Assembly (NCBI GenBank): GCA_963693365.1
Contig: CAVNZM010000009.1
Span: 3,164,231 to 3,228,230, forward strand
DNA length: 64,000 bases
Source of the DNA: Amoebidium appalachense
Taxonomy: Eukaryota; Protista; Ichthyosporea
Direction of reading: 5' to 3'
The notes below the pieces were generated by a model that was not told where the DNA came from, did not search any database, and worked only from the letters and a program-made list of their open reading frames with translations. Shown here piece by piece: positions 40,817-59,990 of the stretch; within the stretch, counting starts at the first letter, position 1, and every line of letters starts with the position of its first letter. The position numbers and the translations under genes are program-made.

Positions 40817-41056
40817 GTTTTCTATCTATTTTACTAACTACATCCCCCCCCCCCCCCCCCCCCCCAACAAACACACACAAACACACACACACACACACAC
40901 ACACAGATGTTTGCATGTACTGATGTGTGCGCGTGTGTGCGTGTGCATGCGCACACACATACACAAATACACACGTACGCACACGCACGTACAACTTCAC
41001 ACACATGTGCACACACACACGTGCACGCACGCGCACACACCCACCCACACACCCAT

Positions 41057-41150
<94 letters not shown>

Positions 41151-41975
41151 CGCACACACACACACACGGACGCACACATGAACTCGCATGCATGCACACA
41201 CTAACACACATGCATGTGCACACGAAACCGCACATTCCTAATAATGGGACTGTTTTGTGACCTCTCCGCACTCGAGTTTTCCCTCCCTCACGTTGTTCTT
41301 TGCACGGTTAAGGTGTTTTTTTTTTTTTTTTTGGGGTTTTTTTTTTGACTTTTTTAACCGGGGTTTCCCGAGTTTCAGGTGAAATTCCTGATGGATGTAT
41401 ATACAACAGGGTCGATGGTGACGCGCATTTTTGATTATTCGCTCGTGTTGGTGTTCCTGTAGATGAACCCCCCTAATTTAAAAAAACGCGCATACCTCAT
41501 TGTAATCCGTGATTTGGCTGAACGATTACATGATCACACGCACGCAAAGACTTGTGTTTCCCAAGAAGAAACACCACACATAAACCTAGGATATTTTTTA
41601 CGCTGCTTTTGTGTTTAGGTTCGATGAAACATACAAACGGACAAGTTTTTTCTCTTTTAAAATGTTGAAAGTTCGGGATTTTGCCCTCTGATCCGCATGC
41701 ATATGTTGTAAGATGTTTTCGTTCCAACTACGAACAACGCTCCTTGGTGACATGGTGATTGATTGACAAATAGAATCTCAGATGCCAAGTTTAAAGCAAG
41801 GTCTGTATCTAGGGTTGTGGTGACGGCCTCCCCAGGCCTCACCCCTCTTTGGTGTAACTACTGTTGGCTGAGCACCTTATAGCATAGCTGGTTTTACACG
41901 GTCTGCTCTTGTACACCTACACACACCGACACACAACATAAGTATACGAAAATACAGTGAATACACTACAAAATA

Positions 41976-42245
41976 CACCACCACCTACCATTTTGGCGTC
42001 TGGGCGGTGAGCCACATTGGTGACGTCAATTTGTTAACAATTATCACGGAGCCGTTTAGGTGCCCAGAAAATGGCGCGAAAATAGCCGGGTTGAGGGAAG
42101 GCCTTTTCCGATGTCGACATAGGCCAATCTCGGTATTTGACACAAATTGATAACGTCTACTGATTGGTCAGAGCCATCTGAGAAATGTGGGTCATGGATG
42201 CTTGCCGTCCAGACGCTAAAATGATAGATACGGAGGTTGGTTTAA
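41976..42245 (-). mobile_element. Diverged second copy of the 37731 MITE
   Basis: ccattttggcgtctgggcggtgagccacattggtgacgtcaatttgttaacaatt resembles the reverse complement of 37915-37970; ends ggaggttggtttaa. Confidence 0.65.
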
Positions 42246-42759
42246 TGAGTCAAACTCCGACAGCCGACAGCAAAACAGAATGCCATCCAAAATCGGCAAT
42301 CCGCGACCGAATATCCCTGTCTCCCCCCCCTCCCCCCCCCCCTCCCCCCAAACCACCCACTCACCCCCACCCCCTTCCCCCCACCCCCCACCCCCCACCC
42401 CCCAACTCGGCCCCGCACCCCTGCAGGCCCTCCCGCGGGCAGCCCTCCACAAACTATGCAACCCTGTGACCCCCAACACATACATTAGCAAATGGGCACA
42501 CACGCACACAGTGTGCACGACACGTGCCCACACAATAAAAACAAACCGAAAAAAAAATAGGAATATCGCAAAATCGAAAAGACCATGTATGGACCAATAA
42601 CTTTCGCGCGATCACACGATTATCCAAATATATATAGAGGTTTAGGCGGGAAGTTTTTGAGCGCCAAAAAACTTGGAAACAAGCAAAAAAGTAGGCATAA
42701 AGGCTAGCTAATGGAAACGTTAACATAGCATATGACATATATATGTTTGTGTACACCTG

Positions 42760-44056
42760 ACTCCGGAATCCTTGACACTCTGATCATGACACATTCGAAT
42801 AATTATTGCATGCAAAACAATAATTTTGGATGCAAGATAGAAATAACACTGGACCAGGTACTCGGGATCGAATTTTAACGCAGTATCACCTCCGGAGCCA
42901 CCACCACAACCACCACGTACAGGGTACAAGCGTAAGATTCCTACGACTCCTCCTATTATAATTATGCACTCCCCCTCGACCAGCATTCAGGCTAATAGAC
43001 AGTGCCGGCCTCTTAGACTAGATCTTTGGCCAACTTTTGGCATCATCCCACGCATGTGTGATGCATGTGGCCGTAATTTTGCTTATATGCCTTCAACAAT
43101 GCGCTTGTCAATACCAAAAGTATCGATATCTGAACGGCTTTGCATGCGCACGACTCGGAGAATAGCCGGGCGGAGATGCAAACACAACACCGTGAATAAC
43201 ACATGTATAACAGTTGCATGATGGTGGTGGTCTACTTTTTTTTTTTTTTTTTTTTTTTTTGTTGTTGTTGTTGTTGGTGTTTGATTGGTTCAGTTGGTTG
43301 GTTAATTGGTGGTGCGTGGTGGTGGTGGTGGTTGTCACCGGGGGCGCAGGGGGGAGGGGGGGGGGGGGGAGGGAGGGGGGGGAGGATCCAGGGGGGAGGA
43401 AGGGATCATAATGGGCAGCATTACGTGGTGTTCAGAGGTCTGTTAAGGGTTTGATTTAGATTTAAACTAGCTTGGTCCATGTCAGCGTTCCGGTTCCAAT
43501 TGGCTTGCACTTTTTTGGTCAAAAATGGGGTTAAAGTTTTAGTATTATCATGATCACTCATTTGCACTGTCAGTGTCATACGGTGTATGTACAAAAATCT
43601 CATACGTGTTCTCAAAACCGTTGAAAATAAAACATAGACAACTTATTAGAATACATGTACAGCGTCAAGTTGTACAGAGGACCGTTCAACTGACTTAATT
43701 CCATATGGAACGTCCAAGACACAAGAGTGCCAGGCTAATTACAGCCATAAAGGCCGCCGTTCCCATTCGTTTTCAAAAACCAAAATATAAACAAAGTAAA
43801 CCAAAGTTACCCAATCAATTCCAATATGTTCATCACTATGTGCATACCATGCAGACTACATCATGTGACTAGTTTATGAAGCTTATGACCAGTTTATAAC
43901 TTTCACCAAACAGCAAGTCTTAATGGGCAGAACTAACTTTAAAAATTAAAAAAAATAAACAGAAAGATCAGGTACATATGACTGTATACTTAGTGCTAGG
44001 ATAGGTGCCGTACTGTACAGTCATAATATACCCAAGAGTAGTAACCGAAACGCAAA

Positions 44057-44088
<32 letters not shown>

Positions 44089-45795
44089 GGGGGGGGAGAA
44101 GGAAATTAGGCAGCGGTACCATTGCGGATCAATGCTGTTGGTTCACGTTTCTCTTCAGCTGTTGAAGTCAAATAAATTAAATATAACGAAATTCTTAACT
44201 TTTTCATGATATAGAGCCCCGCAGCCATGTCTAAAATGGTAACACCCACAGTTAAACGTGCAAAGGGCGCCCACCCGTAAACTGAAATTACGTTCCTTGG
44301 GGTTGTTTTACAAGGATCATAAGCGCGATAACATACACCAACATCACACCACTCCACGCATATTTGCCGTAAAATCGCTAAACATGATGAATGCGTGCCG
44401 AGTTTTTCGAATCAAGTACATCATAACGGTGGCGTAGCCTAAAATCATAACAACGGTGGAATTTGCGGCCCACACCATCATACTTTCGTCGGCGTCATAC
44501 TTGTACCCCCACACAAAGAACGCAGGGGAAGCTCACAAACGCAAGATTGAGCCAGAAAAGGTGCCAGTAATTAAGGTTCGTTCTCCGTTTCGTGTTTTCC
44601 GCAAAGTTTTGAATGATGATGTACTGCCTTTGCATAAGCGATCCCACCAAAAAACCCCCAGCACATACCAAAATGCACGAAGATCCAATCATGTGCAACC
44701 TGAGCCGGTTGTACGTCCCCTCCATCTCCTTGGGATTTGTGATGCTAATAGACATTGGACCGAGGGGTAACCCTAAAAAAGAGAAACGCTCAAGTACACA
44801 GACGCCGAGATTAGGCACACGCACACCGCCGCAAAGTGCACCAGAAAAGCGTAACCGCGTGTGCGTAGAGTCCGGTCGCTTCTGTGAACGAAGAAAACCC
44901 CATGGCCAAAGACACAGACCATAATCAACACCTGAACGACCGTCGGTATGATCGAAATCATGATGATGTTCTTCCCTGCCTCCTGCACGATGGGCACCCT
45001 ACCGTTGAAGTCCTTCATCGTAGCAAGCAGGGTGAACATCAGTTTCATCGTTTCAAACGGAGTCCTTCGTTCACTGTTTCCTTCCGAGTTTCCCTTTATA
45101 AATGCTTCACCCAAACGTCTTAACTCGCACACTCCGGACACAAGTGCATACGGAGGGGCGCGCCTTCGACGGGCTCCGCCGCTTGGTATACGAAATAGGC
45201 CGTGATTCCTTCAACCAAGCACATTGTGAGTAGGATTATGGGGAACGAATTTCGATGCCCGTGATCTCTGCAAGTATTGTCTCTTGATGTGTGCTAGCCG
45301 CTGTGATTTCGTAGGAGCCCGCTGAACCGTGCTTGTATGTTGGCTTGCATGTGCTGTGTTTGTGATGGTCTCAGTTACTAAACCGGGGGTAGCACATGAA
45401 GCATCATCATGCACCGAGTGATAAGTTGAGCGGGAGGGGGAGTGACTATTTATTACTTCACTTCTTTCAACCCTTCCCTCCCCACCCTGAAGTGCATCTT
45501 GCACCACATGTCCGGATCCCTCGTTCTCGCCTTCCTGTCCGTCCACTGATCCATCTAAACCTTGCGCGTTGATTTCAATCGCAACCACTACGCTGTTCAC
45601 CCTAACGTCGATGTTATGCTTGTTTTGCACCGTTTCTTTCTTAGGAGTGTCAACATCTAGCAGGGCTAGGGGGGGTTGCACTTCGGAACCAGCCTGGTTC
45701 GCGGACTCTGAAGGTTTATTATTGTGGTCGTTGGTGTTCACGTTAATCAGTGGTTTAACAGGAAATGGTGACTGGGGCTTTTGGTTTGTGTGCAT
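42760..45795 (-). pseudogene. Decayed multi-pass membrane protein gene (polar N-terminus followed by several TM helices)
   Basis: ORF 45795-45211 continues in frame past a single TGA into 45141-44773. One-nt shifts at homopolymers (about 44775 and 44525) join further hydrophobic helices (NIIMISIIPTVVQVLIMVCVF; YAFLVHFAAVCVCLISASVYL; NSTVVMILGYATVMMYLI). More TM-like segments with stops occur at about 43200-42760; their linkage is tentative. Confidence 0.55.
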
Positions 45796-47157
45796 CCTTA
45801 GAGATTCAGCTGCTACTCCTCAGAATGTTAATAGCTATCGAGAAAGAGTGACACAAGAGCGAAACCCTACATGCATCGATATGTATCACACGTCGCAGGT
45901 CTCGACCCTATCTTCATGCCGAGCGTGTTATCATTAGCACGTATGCTAAACACAACATATTCAGGCAGACTCTCATACTCTCAGACTCTCATGGACATAT
46001 TTGTAGTATCACTGTGTGCTTTGGCAGAAGTGATAATCCTTTGTGTCGAACTTTGCCAAGTTCGCAACTTGGCTCATTGATCATGAGTTCACCGAGGTAC
46101 TGTGAAGTGAAACGGACGCGCGCGGCATCTATAAATATGACTTTGATCCAATCAATATGCTCTCTCGCACCAAGGAACCAAAAAAGGTCATTTGCCAGAT
46201 TACACAGTGTACATCACAACAGCCGAGTGTACTTCAAGTCTTCAACGCCGACGGGGGCATTGCGGGCAGTACTAGTGGGGCGTACATAACAATGAAAGCA
46301 GCTGCACGCGGGTTGTCAGGCAGATTCTAGAGTGCACGTGTTCGACATAGTGTTGTCACTGTTGTGTGCGCAGAGTCTTGGACTCTGCCAAACTTTGTTT
46401 GTACGTGCGTTTCCGTGCCTGTTACAAGCACGTATATCATCCGGACATGTGAACGCGTACGCCAAAAGGCCCAAAAAGGAGAATTCAAAAATTGCCCGCT
46501 CCTGATATGGTACCCGGGCCACGTCGAGTCACGGTTGGATCTTGCAATTGCAAGGTTCCGAAATATAGGCTATGTACGTAGTAGCTATGTACGTAGTACG
46601 TTCGCGTACAAGGCTTGATAGTACGTACGTGTGCTGCTACCTTTGCAATTGGAGGTAGCTATCTATAGCTCATATTTTTCAAGGCCGACAAAACTTTCCA
46701 GTCCGAAGCGACTGCTCATGTGCCAACTCATACCCTTGAAAAATCGCCTGAGTAGACTTGGTCATATACGGTGGCTAGCGCTGATTCAGTGAGGCCACAG
46801 TCGCACGTGGCAGGTACGTGTGTCACTACTACTGTGTACGCGTATTGGCGTGGCGAAGGGCGTGGCGGTGAGTAATACAATGATATTACCATGTCATCTC
46901 TGAGTCAAGAGTATATTGCAGTGTGACTTGGTTGCTGGGACTGAGTGCAATGTTTGAATGTAAACGGTCACGGTGGCCTCTGACTTGTGGATATATATAA
47001 TAATATAAGTAGAATAATATACATAGTGGTAGTTATGCGACACGGTGTGTAACGATTGACTGGATCGATGGATGTTTTTTCCAATGATATATCTGCACAA
47101 TCTACTAGCAATTTTAGTCAGCGTACTCCTGTGGCTGCTCTGAATCTGACCACCCCC

Positions 47158-47191
<34 letters not shown>

Positions 47192-47235
47192 GAGGGCCTC
47201 TAAATCTCTAATATTAGCTCTCTCTCGGCTCCAAT

Positions 47236-47318
<83 letters not shown>

Positions 47319-47320
47319 CA

Positions 47321-47357
<37 letters not shown>

Positions 47358-47394
47358 CCCCCCTCGAGCTCCCTCCCTCCCTCCCTCTCCCTCT

Positions 47395-47476
<82 letters not shown>

Positions 47477-47537
47477 CCCCCGCCCCTCTCTCTCTCCCTC
47501 GCTCCCTCTCTCTAGATCTCTCTGTCTCTCTCTATCC

Positions 47538-47576
<39 letters not shown>

Positions 47577-48149
47577 CTCTAGCTCCCCTCTAGATCTCCC
47601 TGCAACCTATCCCTGTACATCTCCCTGTATCGCGCCGGTATACAGTTCCCAGACTGAGCATGCTAGTATGTATGTTGTGTATGTGTCCAGTAGGATGTTC
47701 ACGGGTCACGTCCCATAAGATGTGACCCAACGTGACTCTCCGGTATCGTCGTATCGACGGCTGACCGACGATTAGAACATAATATGTACATTAGTATTAC
47801 ATATATACTGCAGCTGTAATTACAGAATATGCATTTGAGCGACATGTGCATGTAGCATGTGCAACTGCACTGACTGGGAAGGATTGGAGAGAGCACTAAA
47901 CTTGAATGTGGGAGGATCTGATGCCATAAATCATACTATGAATGGCGCCGGCCCACATATATTTTTACATTATAATTTTATAATAATAACTTATTGCAGC
48001 TGATCTACTATGTACAAGGCCTGCAACCCCAACTAGGTATTTGTGGTGGGTGGTGGTGGTGGTGGTGGTGGTGGTGGGGAGGGGGGGGAGAGGGGGGGGG
48101 GGGGGGGGGGGGGGACGGGGAGATAAAAATGGGGCCCCGGAGAGGGGAT

Positions 48150-48189
<40 letters not shown>

Positions 48190-48244
48190 GGATAAAAGGT
48201 AAACAGCAAATTGCATCAAAAAAGTTGGGTGCGAGTCGACGACG

Positions 48245-53970
<5,726 letters not shown>

Positions 53971-54372
53971 GGTAGGTAGGCAGATGTTGTAGGTGGGTGA
54001 TAGATGTAAAAAAAAAAAGGAAAAACTAAAGGCAACCCTAATCAAGAGAGGTCATAGTGGTTCAATAGAGATAGGAGGTTAAAAGTAGGGTAGAAACTGA
54101 TTGTGTCTTGTGTGTGTGTGCGCGAGTGTAGTGGGGGAAATCACGTGTTTTTCATTGCTACGGACATGTCCATGGGCCCAGCCTCAACTAACGGCCTACT
54201 GCGTTTTCCAGCGGGTGCGTTTTCTGGTGCGTTTATGTTTGTTTGCGTGAGTATATACCGGTGTCTATGTGCGTGCACATCCGTGTGAGGTGAATGTTTG
54301 CATATGTGTGGTCATGCTGCAAGGGTGTGCATGGAAGTTATGCTGGTGCGTGTGCACTTAGCGAGCTCGTTC

Positions 54373-54532
54373 GTGTGCGTGGTAGTACTATGCATGCACA
54401 TGTATGGTGAGTGTGCGTGGTAGTACTATGCATGCACATGTATGGTGAGTGTGCGTGGTAGTACTATGCATGCACATGTATGGTGAGTGTGCGTGGTAGT
54501 ACTATGCATGCACATGTATGGTGAGTGTGCGT
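54373..54532. repeat. Minisatellite, 4 x 38 bp
   Basis: Unit gtgtgcgtggtagtactatgcatgcacatgtatggtga repeated perfectly four times. Confidence 0.95.
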
Positions 54533-54732
54533 ACTTGCGGACTCGAGTGAATCCTAACTCTGCAGCTGAGTCCTGGGCTGACAGTCCTGACTCAGTGGCG
54601 GGCAGTGAGCCAGCATTTTGGCGCCAAGAAATAAGGGAACCAATTAAATCGCATATTCCAGCACTCACCAATCAGATTTGGACGATCATGACAGATAAGA
54701 GCCGGGGGGAGGCTCCCCCCCAGGGAGCCTAC

Positions 54733-54782
<50 letters not shown>

Positions 54783-54969
54783 ACCATACCTCCCACCGAT
54801 TTCCCCCTCTAAAAAACTTTCCCGGCAATTGTGAACGCAAAAGAACACATGTACATACATACACAGACACACGCACAGATACGTGCACGCGTGCGCGCGC
54901 GCACACACACATGTACACACGCACATGTGCACGTATATACACCCACACCCACCCACCCACCCACCCACC

Positions 54970-55089
<120 letters not shown>

Positions 55090-55130
55090 ACATAAATATA
55101 TATACACACACTGTGATCACACACATAACC

Positions 55131-56160
55131 ATGACACGGTTACACCGAGATCACCCCACCGTCGTTACACAGCCCACATGCCCCCGGTGCAGCCAGCACC
55201 CGGAGACCACCCACCTCTGGGCCTGCCCGGCCCATGCCGGGGAGGTCCCCGCCCTGACCACGGCCATCACAGCCTGCATCCACAACCTCCTGCACACTCG
55301 TCACCCAAACACCCCCACGGCACAGCACCAACATACGGCAGCCACGGTGGTAGACCAATGTGCATGGATAAACTGGATAGGAGGCAACGGTGGCCCACCA
55401 GACCCCGAAGACATCAAGTGGGTCGAACGGGGATTCTGCCCACGATCGGTGGGTCCACTACTAGCAGCCACCGGCATCACCAAGACCACCACCCGGGCCA
55501 TCTTAGGAAAAATCACAGTAGATCTAGAGTTGCAGTCCTTTTTCTTTTCAAAAATTTGGCACCCACGGAACACAACACCCCCCCCCCCCCACCCACCCCA
55601 AAAACACTACCATATACCCACCACCCGTAGAAAGAAAAGTATGGCTACCCAAAAACCCAAGACACACACAAATACACCCCCCACACACACCCGGCCAGCC
55701 TGTTCTGACTGCCGGAACACACACAGACCCAGTGTGCCCTGTAAAACCCACTTTTTAGTTCACAAAAACATCGCCACAACATACGTACAACAACCCATAA
55801 TGTTAGGCAGCAACCCCCCCTCCACCACCACCACCACACCCCATCATCCCCATACCCACCGTAAATACTATACACAACACTTAGGATTTCCCATTACTGT
55901 AGATCGACCAATGAGAGCCCTCGGTTAACGTTTATTGCTAGGTTTTGAATGGAGGGGAGGACTGGAGCCTCCTGCCGGCGTGGCTGGGGTAGTAGCCCTG
56001 GGCAAAGTGTGTACTTATAGTTAGGTTGTGAAGGATGGTTTAGCTTAGCTGAACTCATCATCCTTAACTAGTGTACTGTCGGTGCTGTGTGGTAGACGGT
56101 AATTTCCCTAGAGGGCCTGAAAAGGCCCTCCGGGAACAAAACGTGATAAAATTAAAAAAA
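55131..56160 (+). mobile_element. 3' fragment of an L1/Tx1-like non-LTR element (zinc knuckle, structured 3' tail, short poly(A))
   Basis: CPRCSQHPETTHLWACP and KIWHPRN are typical ORF2 C-terminal motifs. The 3' tail at 56068-56160 recurs at about 57553-57645. Confidence 0.7.
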
Positions 56161-56517
56161 CACACACATGCGACACACACACATATGTATACACGCACAC
56201 ATACATACACATGAGAACACGCACACGCACATACTAAACAAACACACATGCACGCGCGCGCGCGCATTTGTACAGATTTCAGCCTGCACACCTGGCAATC
56301 TGATCGTTGGGTTTGTACATCATATTGTAGCAAACTCGGGGCAGTAGTAAGCTAGAACACCGAAGACTTTTCCCACTCGTTCATTTTCCTTTTATTAGAT
56401 CTATATTTATAGAGTGATCGAGTGTCCCTATGACTCTTCCTTTCTCGTTTATATTGACTCCTTCCTTTTATCAGCTCTTTTCTTATTTTCTCAGCTCTGT
56501 CTCTCTCTCTTCCTCCC

Positions 56518-56551
<34 letters not shown>

Positions 56552-56819
56552 GCCCCCCCTCCCCATTTTCGAACCCAAATGTATATATACGCACAAGATA
56601 ACCAGATACCACCACAGACAAAATTACAAGGACGTGGCCCGCGAACACAAAGATACAGACACATAAAACACCCAAAACTCAGCTGGAAATCCGGCCTTAA
56701 ACATTGTATATCGATCCCTGTAGACTCCGGTCCGACGAATTTGACGAGCACTGCAAGTTTTGGGCCTCGAAATCTAGAGATCAGGTTTTTTGGTCTACAA
56801 TAAGCCCTTTTCTCTTCCC

Positions 56820-56850
<31 letters not shown>

Positions 56851-57552
56851 ACCCTCCTTCTTTTTTCCCTCCTCCTTCCCCCCTCCCTGCCCCCTCAAAC
56901 CAAAAAAAAAAAAAAAAAAAAAAAGAAAACAAATCAGATAACGGTTTCGAAAGATTAAATCGCAATTCTCTATTTGAGCAGATGGCATCACTGGCTTTTT
57001 TGTGGAGTTGATCATCACAGAAAGTCTCCCCCCCCCCCCCCCTCCTTCCCTTGTCCCTCTTGTCACTTATAATTTGTTTGCGTGACCTTTACGGGTAACT
57101 TAAGGAAAGGGGGGGGGGGGGGGGGAATGGGGGGGGGGGGGGGGGGAAGGGGGGGGGGGGGGGGGGAGGGGGGGGGGGGGGGGGGGGGTCTTGATTTCAG
57201 AACAAAGTTAACTTTGGAAAAAAAGAAAAGGAGTTTATTGTTATGTACGCACTGTGGCAGGAAGGAAACGGATGTTCACGTGGCAATGGGACAATAAAAA
57301 GCAACTACATAACAGCCATGCATCATGTCTAGGAATATCAACTGTGAAAGGCACGCCAAGCTTGCCCCCCCCCCCCCCCCCCCCCCCCCCTCCCAAAAAA
57401 AAAAACAAAAAAAAAAAACACCATATGTGTCCTCTTGCCACTTTGTCCTAATATTCGTTACCGTGTTAATTAGTAGAGCTACCCAATTGTGTGCAAATAG
57501 TTAGGATCGTTAAGGGTGTGTTAGTTTAGCTAATAGTACCGTAGCACCCTAG

Positions 57553-57645
57553 CTAGAGTACTGTCGGTGCTGGGTGGAAGACGGTAGTTCCCCATGAGGC
57601 CCCTGACGGGTCCCTCCGGGAACACAACGATGATAAAACAAAAAA
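57553..57645 (+). mobile_element. Isolated copy of the LINE 3' tail
   Basis: ctagagtactgtcggtgctg...gacggtag ttccc..gagg..cctccgggaacacaacgatgataaaacaaaaaa parallels 56068-56160. Confidence 0.7.
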
Positions 57646-57666
57646 TGTTAATTAGTAGAGAGGACC

Positions 57667-57702
<36 letters not shown>

Positions 57703-58182
57703 GACGGAGAGGCGGAAGGGTTGGGGGAAGGGGGGGGGGGGGGGGGGGAAGGGGGGAGGGGGGGGGGGGGGGGGGGGGGGGAGGGAGGGGCTTTGGGGTA
57801 TCGTGTGCACATGTGCGAGTGTGCACATGTGCGAAACATGTACATTTTTGACCGAAACGAAATCCGATTTTAATAATAGATAGCAATATCATAAACCAAG
57901 CGGAAGGATACGGATGGTGTGGCCCTCGGACATGTATGGATGGAAAGAATCAACACCGTAGTAGCACCGTGTCATTCACTGTTATTTTTGGTACACATAA
58001 TAATAAGGCCTGTGCGCATGACACACATTGCCATTAAGCGCATGTGCATAAGCAATAAATCCACATATATATAGACCACTTATTTTCACTAGGCTAAACA
58101 ACCCTCACAGAAACACTCTCTGTATGCCACACCAAACCCCACTATTACCTACTAGTACTAGCTAGGCCTAACATGACGGTAA

Positions 58183-59022
58183 TCAGTTTCTTGAATATCT
58201 CGACGGGGGTCTACCCCCCGAGCAGCCTGGGCCCCCCAGGCGGCAGTTTCGGCCGTAAGATGCACTCCCGCCTCCAAAAATGCTGCCTGCGGCTGAAGCA
58301 GCGCCGCTTACGGCATGCCATGCGTCCCCAGCATACTGCTCCACGTTGTTCTTCACAGTGTGGTAGGCGCCACTGGCGCCCCCTGCCGCATCCCCGTAGA
58401 GATTTCCCGAGCCGGTCGCCACCGTGTTGTAGCCGCTAGTGACCTCCCCTGACGCTTTGTCGTAGGCCGAGGTCACGGCATCACCAATGGAGTCCCAAAA
58501 ACTGCGTGCGCTGCGTGAGTGCACATAGTTGGCATCGTCTCCTTCTTCGCTCCCGGGCAGTTGCCAAGAGTGAGGGATATGATCCTCTTCGCCAAAGAGG
58601 TCCCCAAAGGTGGTGTCACGTGCGCTGCGTGAGTGCACAGATGTGCCTTCGGTGTCCTCATCTGTCACCCACATGTCTGGGTCAAATACTGCCGGGCCAT
58701 GGCTGTAGATGTGTAGGGGGACTGCGTACGTGTTGGGATCTTCAGAGGGGTCAGAAATGGGGTCGGTGCTGTCGCGTGCTTTGAGCACGTGTGCGGGTTT
58801 CTTGGACGCATGTTCAAAGGCAGGGAACGAGGGGGCACGCATGGTGATGGCGTGCATCTCTGCCTCACAGCCACGCGTGCAGGCAGACACTGCGGATGGG
58901 CCCATGTGTGCCACTGCAGACCGGCAAGAAGTGACGCAATCAAAAGGTGTGGTGGTGGGAAGGCTGGCTGCAGAGGCGCAGAGAGCCAAGCAGGCGGAGA
59001 GGAGATAGGTGAGCGGTGCCAT
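58183..59022 (-). CDS. Intronless secreted prepropeptide-like protein (279 aa) with repeated RSAR sites
   Basis: Microsatellite-free ORF with signal peptide MAPLTYLLSACLALCASA, a CxxxC...CxxGC segment, acidic spacers, two VHSRSAR motifs, Gly/Ala-rich 11-mer repeats and a terminal CRLGGPGC. Confidence 0.8.
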   Translation of the reverse strand: MAPLTYLLSACLALCASAASLPTTTPFDCVTSCRSAVAHMGPSAVSACTRGCEAEMHAITMRAPSFPAFEHASKKPAHVLKARDSTDPISDPSEDPNTYAVPLHIYSHGPAVFDPDMWVTDEDTEGTSVHSRSARDTTFGDLFGEEDHIPHSWQLPGSEEGDDANYVHSRSARSFWDSIGDAVTSAYDKASGEVTSGYNTVATGSGNLYGDAAGGASGAYHTVKNNVEQYAGDAWHAVSGAASAAGSIFGGGSASYGRNCRLGGPGCSGGRPPSRYSRN

Positions 59023-59173
59023 TGTACCAAGAACAGTACACAAACGTGACGATTAACAGATGGAGTTAGTCAGTCAGTTCGGTATCAAGAGAGCGAGGGT
59101 TGTGTAGTTTGTCTGCAGCTTCTTAGAACAAAATCCTGTTGCTATTCTGCTGGTAATTGAGATACTTCGTGGG

Positions 59174-59180
59174 TTTTATA
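59174..59180 (-). promoter_or_regulatory. Putative TATA box of the secreted precursor gene
   Basis: TATAAAA on the minus strand about 150 nt upstream of the ATG at 59022, with CCAAT motifs at about 59240, 59255 and 59332. Confidence 0.5.
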
Positions 59181-59491
59181 GGAGCTCCGTGAGGCTCCGT
59201 GACGCCGTCGCCGGTGAGCAGATCTCAAAGAAAGTTCCGATTGGCAAGTTGCAACCAATGACTACAAACTAGTAGATTGCGACAAGATCGATGGAATGCA
59301 GATCTGATGATGATTTAGATGAGGCGCGGTGATTGGTGGACTGCTGGTGCAATCAGATTACGCGGACAGTACGAAATGCACGTCGTTGATGTTGTCAAGA
59401 TGCCGATGTAGATGATAGCAGCACGTAGTGGCCCCAGTTAGCGCGTACGCGTGCAGCCCTGAACCACACTCTCGGTTTTATCATAGCATTC

Positions 59492-59558
<67 letters not shown>

Positions 59559-59676
59559 ACCCGCCGCCGCCGCTTCCCTCCTCTCTCCCTCTCCCCGTCC
59601 CTCTCCCTCGGGCCCGTCTCTAGCTCTAGGTCTCTCTCTCTACCACACACACGCGCGCACGCACACACACGCGCAC

Positions 59677-59847
<171 letters not shown>

Positions 59848-59859
59848 GCACGGGCGCGC

Positions 59860-59990
<131 letters not shown>

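Noticed and set aside
45211-45213. TGA recoding (Sec/Trp) or an alternative genetic code
   Set aside because: The same locus has frameshifts and other stops, and intact genes here terminate with TGA.
54373-54532. 38-bp repeats as a CRISPR array
   Set aside because: Head-to-tail units with no spacers, no cas genes and a eukaryotic context.
55960-56020. HDV-like ribozyme (GCC-TCCTGCC-GGC resembling P3/L3)
   Set aside because: No matching P1 or P2 strands could be found.
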